DNA of 64,000 bases from NCBI GenBank assembly GCA_030682385.1, contig JAUXOG010000075.1, forward strand, positions 1,825-65,824, read 5' to 3'. Under the pieces are notes generated by a model, which saw nothing but the letters and a program-made list of their open reading frames with translations, searched no databases and was not told the DNA's origin. Positions 58,645 to 64,000 of this stretch are shown here, piece after piece. The stretch's first letter is position 1, and every line of letters begins with the position of its first letter. The position numbers and the translations under genes are program-made. The DNA comes from Bacteroidota bacterium (GTDB taxonomy: Bacteria; Bacteroidota; Ignavibacteria; UBA10030; BY39).

Positions 58645-59445
58645 TTAACCGAAGCTTGGGAAAACAATGCTTTCAAATTTAATCGCTTTGCCGGTTTCTG
58701 AATCAACTTTTATATAAGCACCGCAGAAACGGACATCGTGGCTTGCCATTTCGTATTTATAGGGAACGCCATGTATAAAACGTTTTATCGCGATATCTTT
58801 TTTCATCCCGATTACAGAATCGTAAGGTCCTGTCATTCCGACATCTGATATATATGCAGTTCCTTTTGGTAATATTCTTCCGTCGGCAGTGGGTACGTGT
58901 GTATGTGTTCCGATAACTGCACTTGCCCGTCCATCGAGGTGCCAGGCGAGAGCCATTTTTTCGGCAGTCGCTTCGGCATGGAAATCAACAATTATAATTT
59001 TGGTTTGATCGATAATTTTACTCAAAGCCCAGTCAGCCGATTTAAAAGGGTCGTCGATTGGCTGCATGTAAACTCTGCCTTGTAAATTTATAACCCCTAT
59101 TTTTCCTTTTTCACCTAAATCGTAAACGATGAAACCGTTTCCGGGATTTTCACGCGGGTAGTTTAATGGACGAAGAACCGTTCTGTTCTCGGCAAGTACT
59201 TTGCGCGCATCCCATTTGTCCCATAGATGATTACCGCCGGTAATTACATTAACACCCAGACCGGAAATTTTAGACACTAACTCGGCATTAAGTCCTTTGC
59301 CGTCGTTAAGGTTCTCGCCGTTAGCGATACAGAAATCGATTTGATATTTTTGGAAGTAGTTCTTGAGCAAAGTTTCGGTAACTTCGATACCGGGTTTCCC
59401 AATAATATCGCCGATGAACAGGATATTTATATGTTTAGACGACAT
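58645..59445 (-). CDS. ymdB: YmdB/TIGR00282 family metallophosphoesterase
   Basis: LFIGDIIG, ANGEN, TGGNH.WD, VDFHAEATAEK, GTHTHV.TAD, DVGMTG. Confidence 0.93.
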   Translation of the reverse strand: MSSKHINILFIGDIIGKPGIEVTETLLKNYFQKYQIDFCIANGENLNDGKGLNAELVSKISGLGVNVITGGNHLWDKWDARKVLAENRTVLRPLNYPRENPGNGFIVYDLGEKGKIGVINLQGRVYMQPIDDPFKSADWALSKIIDQTKIIIVDFHAEATAEKMALAWHLDGRASAVIGTHTHVPTADGRILPKGTAYISDVGMTGPYDSVIGMKKDIAIKRFIHGVPYKYEMASHDVRFCGAYIKVDSETGKAIKFESIVFPSFG

Positions 59446-59490
59446 AAGTTTCTGCTCCAATATACATAAAAAAGGTAAAAGCTAAAAAGT

Positions 59491-62400
59491 TCAGTTTATT
59501 TTTCTTTCGGCTATAAGATTTTTAGAACTCATCAGTAGTTGAAATATTTCATCAATGTGAAAAGGTTTTGCCGCAAGGTAATCGACTCCGGTGTTTGAAA
59601 TGTCCTGCTCTTTTAAATCGCGTCCCCAACCGGAAATAAGAACAACCGGAGTGATGGGATTGATTTCTTTAATTTCTTTTGCCACTTGCCAACCGTTTAT
59701 TTCGGGCATACCCAAATCGGTGAAAACGATATCTACATTTCCTTGCTTGAATTTATCAAGCCCTTCTTGACCATTTTTAGCAAGAATTACTTTGTAATCG
59801 GCTTCTCTTAAAATTTCTGCAAGCAAAATTCTAATTTCCTCCTCATCATCAATAACAAGTACCGTGAGTTGTGCATTTTGTGTATGTCCGATTGAAGAAA
59901 CTGAAATATCGTTTTGTGGTTTTTGGTCTGAGTTCTCGATGTTGACTTTCGGAAAAGTAATAGTAAATTTGGTTCCATTTCCTACTTCACTTGTTACCCG
60001 TATGTTTCCTTGTCGTTTTGTTACGAGCATTTTCACCATCGACAGGCCGAGTCCCGTACCTTTATCTCCTTTTGTGCTGTAGAAAGGAGTGAAAATTTTT
60101 GAAAGAGATTCTTGAGGAATGCCTGTCCCTGTGTCTTCTATCTCGATACTGTAAAGGCGGTCTAAATTTTTTGTTCTAATTGTAATTGCCCCGCCTTGTG
60201 GCATTGCATCGACTGCATTCAAAATTAAATTGGTTAAAATTTCTCGCAACTCAGATCCACTGCCGAAGACTATTGGTAATTTATCAAAATCTTTGTGGAT
60301 TGCAATCCTCACACCTCGTTGCTGTGCCACATCCTTCCATTTGGTTTGCGTAAGCTCGATAGTATCTTCGATTATTAAGTTTACATCTATAGCCGATGCG
60401 TTATCTTCGGCTTTCTTTTTGGAAAAGTCCTGCAAACGTTTTACTGTTTCGGCTCCGTCCATTGCAGCTTTTAAAATGATACTCAGATCGTTTTTCATCT
60501 TTTGATCTGTTGAACGAAGTTGCAACAACTGTGTCCGTCCTACTATTACTCCAAGCAGGTTGTTAAAATCGTGAGCAACTCCGCTCGCTAAATCGCCGAT
60601 AGCTTTCATCTTTTCGCCGTGAATAAGCATTGCCTGCGATTCGTGTAACTTTTCGTACGCCTTTTTAAGGTCATCGTTGGCGTGGCTTAACTGGCTGTAG
60701 AGACGGGCATTTTCTAATGCACTGTTGAGTTGAGCTGCATAGAGATTGAAAATGGATACATCCTCCTGTTTAAATTCATCTGAGTTTATCAATGCAAGAC
60801 CGATAACATCATCGAAAACAACAAGTGGTACAGATATCGAACGGTTGCGGTAACCGACTTCGTCCGCAATTGATTCGATTGCTTCACGCGGGATATTACG
60901 GGGAAGAATTTCAACGAGCCGACCGATAGAATGTTCGTTTAAAACTGTTTTTTTGTGATCGATTACGCTGACTAAACCCGGATATTTTTTGTAAGGAATC
61001 CTGTAGGTATCAAACCTGAAATTATAAAGTTTTTCCATACCTCGCAGAATTCCGGAATCAAAAGTAGTACGAGCAATTTTCAACGTGTTTGCTTCTTTCA
61101 ACAATATGATAATATTGTAGCCGAGCCGCCGGATAGCTTTCGAAATTGAATCGAATATCTCCTCTTCAGTCGTTGTGCGTGAGAATGCCTGCGAAGCTAT
61201 AAGCAGCGAAATAATTCGTTCCTGATGGCGCTTCTTCTCCGTTAAATCGTGCCCGATTCCGCGATAACTGATTATTTTGTCGTCATCACCATGCACTGCA
61301 GTAGCAGTTTCGATGATAGTGATTTTTTCTCCATTTCTTTTCTTTAATTGAATCTCAAAATCAACAACGTAACCTTTTTTTCTTATCTCGGTTACGAAGC
61401 GTTCCATTTCATCTTGATTTACATACACATCTTTTGGAACAAAAAGATTGAACACTTCTTCTTTGGTTTCGTATCCTAACAGTTCTACACCTGCCTGGTT
61501 AATCGAAATAAAACGACCCTCGGTAGTTATCTCAAATATAAAATCTTTAGATTCTTCGAAGAGTTGCCGATATTTTACTTCCGACATATAAGCTTGTTTT
61601 TCGAGAAGTTTCTTTTCGGTAATGTCCCGGATGAACGATGATATTCCGATAATTTTCCCGTTCATGTTGCGTATCGGCGATACCGTGAGTAATAAGTTGA
61701 GCACACTTCCATATTTACTGATGCGCTCGACTTCTAAATTATTCAAAGTTTCACCCTTTAAAACGCTATCATATATTTTTTTCCATTCAGCATAATGATG
61801 AGGAGGAACTGTTGATACTACAGATTTTCCGATTATTTCTTTAGCTGTGTAACCGTAAATTCTTTCGCAGGCATTGTTCCACGTTACAACTTTTGCATCT
61901 GTGTCGAATGTAGCAATTCCGTCGGCAGAATTAATGATTATATTTTCCAGATAGCTGTATGTTTCGGCAAGTTGACGCTCTAAAGTTTTTAATTCCGTTA
62001 TGTCGATACCATTTACAATTATTCCATTTATGTTTAAGTCGATATCATATCGGGGACTGATATTGTAAACCGAATATCTTATTCCGTCGTTGCGTGATTT
62101 AGCTGTTGCATGAATTCCCTTTATCGATTTGCCGGTTAAAATTTCGGTCAGACTGTCGCGAGTGAGTGTGTTCTGAGTGCTATCGGATATAAAAACATCG
62201 AAATAATTTTGTCCCTTAATTTCACCTATAGTATAACCTAAAAATGTTTCTGCCGGTTGATTTATGTAAATAATGTTTCCATAAATATCCAAAAATATCA
62301 GTATGCCGTTTATATTCGTTACGAGGGTGCGATACCACTCTTCAGATTCTCTGAGTTGGTTCTCTAACTTTTTCTTTTCAGTAATATCCTGAGATGTACC

Positions 62401-63471
62401 AAGAATCGCATACGGATTTCCATCATCGTCGCGTAGCAATTTGTTTGTAAGTTGTATTATTATTTCGCGTCCGTCTTTAGTTTTTTCAATCAATTCTCCT
62501 GAATAATTACCGCGAGTTATTAAATCGTTCGTGATATCATCCATATTTTTGGATAGAGCCTCATCGCCCCCCGCTAAAACCGAAATGTTTTGCCCGATAA
62601 GTTCTTCGGCAGTATAGCCGCTCATTTTGGCTTTTGCTTCGTTCACAAAAATAATATTATTTTCAAGGTCTGTTAAAACAACTCCATCGGAAACATTTAG
62701 AATTACATCCGACAATAAGTGCAGCTTGCGGTCGTTCTCTTTTTTTGCCGTTATGTCGATATAGCTTCCGACGACAATCGTTTGCTTCCCGTCTGTAATT
62801 CGTTTTAATTTTAATTCAATAAAGAGTTTCTTTTGATGTTTATTTTGTAAAAGAATTTCGCCATGCCAATACTCATTATTTTTTATAACATCAATAATAC
62901 TTAAATTCTTATTCTGAAACCCGAAATCAAATTCGAATATCGTATTTATCGGTTTGCCTATAACTTCATCGGATTTCCATCCGAACAAATGTTCTGAAGG
63001 AGAATTCGAGTAGGTTATTATTCCTTTTAAATCTGTGGCGATAATAGGAATATCAACTCCCGATATTATTTTTTCTTCGATAGAATTTTGTGTTGGAGTT
63101 TTCGGTTTCGGGTTTGAATGTGTGTTTATGATTGAATTCAAAATCGGGAGGTAGTCGGGGGTTTTAGTAATTACGTTATGAGCGCCCAAATCTATAAATT
63201 TCTTTTTTTTGTTATCATCGGATTCATCCATCAAAACAATAACCGGCAGTTTTGTAGAAAATTTTTTGATGTTTGCAGATAATGAAGGAGTTACCGAGGC
63301 GCCTTTGCCGCAGTTGGTTAACATAATTTGATAATTTTCATTATCAAGAAGTCGGGCGGCAGATTTAAAGTTGGTAGGAGTTATCTGAAATACAAGATTC
63401 TCTTTTGAAAAATATTTTTGTAAAGATGTAGCTTCGTTTGGATTATCTGTAATAAATAGTATTTTACTCAT
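59491..63471 (-). CDS. Hybrid sensor histidine kinase (degenerate REC, about 5 PAS, GAF-like, HisKA, HATPase, REC)
   Basis: Repeated PAS/PAC units (…DITEKK), GVAHDFNNLL, NLILNAVDAM, DTGTGI, GTGLGL, C-terminal FTDLGMPEING. Confidence 0.93.
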   Translation of the reverse strand: MSKILFITDNPNEATSLQKYFSKENLVFQITPTNFKSAARLLDNENYQIMLTNCGKGASVTPSLSANIKKFSTKLPVIVLMDESDDNKKKKFIDLGAHNVITKTPDYLPILNSIINTHSNPKPKTPTQNSIEEKIISGVDIPIIATDLKGIITYSNSPSEHLFGWKSDEVIGKPINTIFEFDFGFQNKNLSIIDVIKNNEYWHGEILLQNKHQKKLFIELKLKRITDGKQTIVVGSYIDITAKKENDRKLHLLSDVILNVSDGVVLTDLENNIIFVNEAKAKMSGYTAEELIGQNISVLAGGDEALSKNMDDITNDLITRGNYSGELIEKTKDGREIIIQLTNKLLRDDDGNPYAILGTSQDITEKKKLENQLRESEEWYRTLVTNINGILIFLDIYGNIIYINQPAETFLGYTIGEIKGQNYFDVFISDSTQNTLTRDSLTEILTGKSIKGIHATAKSRNDGIRYSVYNISPRYDIDLNINGIIVNGIDITELKTLERQLAETYSYLENIIINSADGIATFDTDAKVVTWNNACERIYGYTAKEIIGKSVVSTVPPHHYAEWKKIYDSVLKGETLNNLEVERISKYGSVLNLLLTVSPIRNMNGKIIGISSFIRDITEKKLLEKQAYMSEVKYRQLFEESKDFIFEITTEGRFISINQAGVELLGYETKEEVFNLFVPKDVYVNQDEMERFVTEIRKKGYVVDFEIQLKKRNGEKITIIETATAVHGDDDKIISYRGIGHDLTEKKRHQERIISLLIASQAFSRTTTEEEIFDSISKAIRRLGYNIIILLKEANTLKIARTTFDSGILRGMEKLYNFRFDTYRIPYKKYPGLVSVIDHKKTVLNEHSIGRLVEILPRNIPREAIESIADEVGYRNRSISVPLVVFDDVIGLALINSDEFKQEDVSIFNLYAAQLNSALENARLYSQLSHANDDLKKAYEKLHESQAMLIHGEKMKAIGDLASGVAHDFNNLLGVIVGRTQLLQLRSTDQKMKNDLSIILKAAMDGAETVKRLQDFSKKKAEDNASAIDVNLIIEDTIELTQTKWKDVAQQRGVRIAIHKDFDKLPIVFGSGSELREILTNLILNAVDAMPQGGAITIRTKNLDRLYSIEIEDTGTGIPQESLSKIFTPFYSTKGDKGTGLGLSMVKMLVTKRQGNIRVTSEVGNGTKFTITFPKVNIENSDQKPQNDISVSSIGHTQNAQLTVLVIDDEEEIRILLAEILREADYKVILAKNGQEGLDKFKQGNVDIVFTDLGMPEINGWQVAKEIKEINPITPVVLISGWGRDLKEQDISNTGVDYLAAKPFHIDEIFQLLMSSKNLIAERKIN

Positions 63472-63486
63472 GAAACGAAGAATTAA

Positions 63487-64000
63487 TCAATCTTTAAGAG
63501 AGAGAATTTTCTTAAGCATATTATACTCAGTTCTCATTTCTTCTCGTGCGCTGCGGAGGGCTTGTATTTGCTCCTCGAGTTTGTTAACGTTATCTGTAAT
63601 CATTTTGAAATACTTTGCAGTGTTTTCGTCGGGTTTACTTTTAGATTGAAGTTGAAAAAGTGCCAATCTGATAACACCGAGTGGGTTATTTATTTCGTGT
63701 GTAATATGAGCCAATACTGAATTTATACTCATAATTTTTACCCGGATAGAATCGAACTCTTCCGCTTTTTTCTGTACTTCAGATTCTTTTAATAAACTGC
63801 TGAACGTCCACGAAAAAGTTGGAAGCGTTATCTCTGCAATGTTTAAAATATGGTCGATACCCGCTGACTTCTGAGATTGCGATAAGTTGGCTTCGCTTTG
63901 TGATGTAAGAAGAATGAGCGGCATCCTGAAATTTTTTCCACGAAGAAAATTAGCCATCTGAATTACATTGTTTGTGGCGACATTTTCTCCGATAAAAACC
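63487..64000 (-). CDS. Receiver-like + HisKA (DHp) protein without ATPase domain; 5' end probably outside window
   Basis: Frame stays open upstream of the ATG at 63957 to the window edge; PLILLTS (receiver-like), HEINNPLGVI (H-box); ends about 65 aa later. Confidence 0.7.
   Translation of the reverse strand, partial: VFIGENVATNNVIQMANFLRGKNFRMPLILLTSQSEANLSQSQKSAGIDHILNIAEITLPTFSWTFSSLLKESEVQKKAEEFDSIRVKIMSINSVLAHITHEINNPLGVIRLALFQLQSKSKPDENTAKYFKMITDNVNKLEEQIQALRSAREEMRTEYNMLKKILSLKD

Noticed and set aside
1-64000. tRNA, rRNA, riboswitch or prophage
   Set aside because: None recognised by eye; intergenic regions are short and thyX here sits among host genes. A covariance-model scan would be needed to exclude small RNAs.

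Overview
AT-rich bacterial chromosomal window, probably Ignavibacteria-like (Bacteroidota/Chlorobiota group). This is inferred from several proteins ending in the 'QNYPNPFNP...GIYFYKL...KKMILIR' T9SS-type C-terminal domain. The backbone is housekeeping genes (glmM-like mutase, dprA, rpoN, hslVU, cysE, thyX, aat, pfkA, AddB-like nuclease, tmk, ctpA, folD, ymdB, a large hybrid histidine kinase). Many small accessory or decayed inserts sit between them: two R-M systems, YhcG/DUF1016, GxxExxY, a sacsin-ATPase/DUF3883 protein, four TA-like modules, pseudogenes and attC-like remnants. The key observation is not in the supplied ORF track. A large nuclease-methyltransferase gene with a Type ISP-like C-terminal domain (2751 to <1, minus strand) carries a precise in-frame 285-bp insertion (680-964) encoding an intact-looking GIY-YIG nuclease domain. 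The insertion is bounded by the inverted repeat CCTGCCTGC...GCAGGCAGG. Cargo-less 20-bp palindromes with nearly the same ends occur at 6940-6959 and 53743-53762, and the matching empty target sequence is present at 10766-10783. Together these suggest a GIY-YIG-carrying, TSD-less palindromic mobile element family with autonomous and miniature members. All calls come from reading the sequence and recognising motifs; no database searches were run, and frameshifts could be assembly errors.
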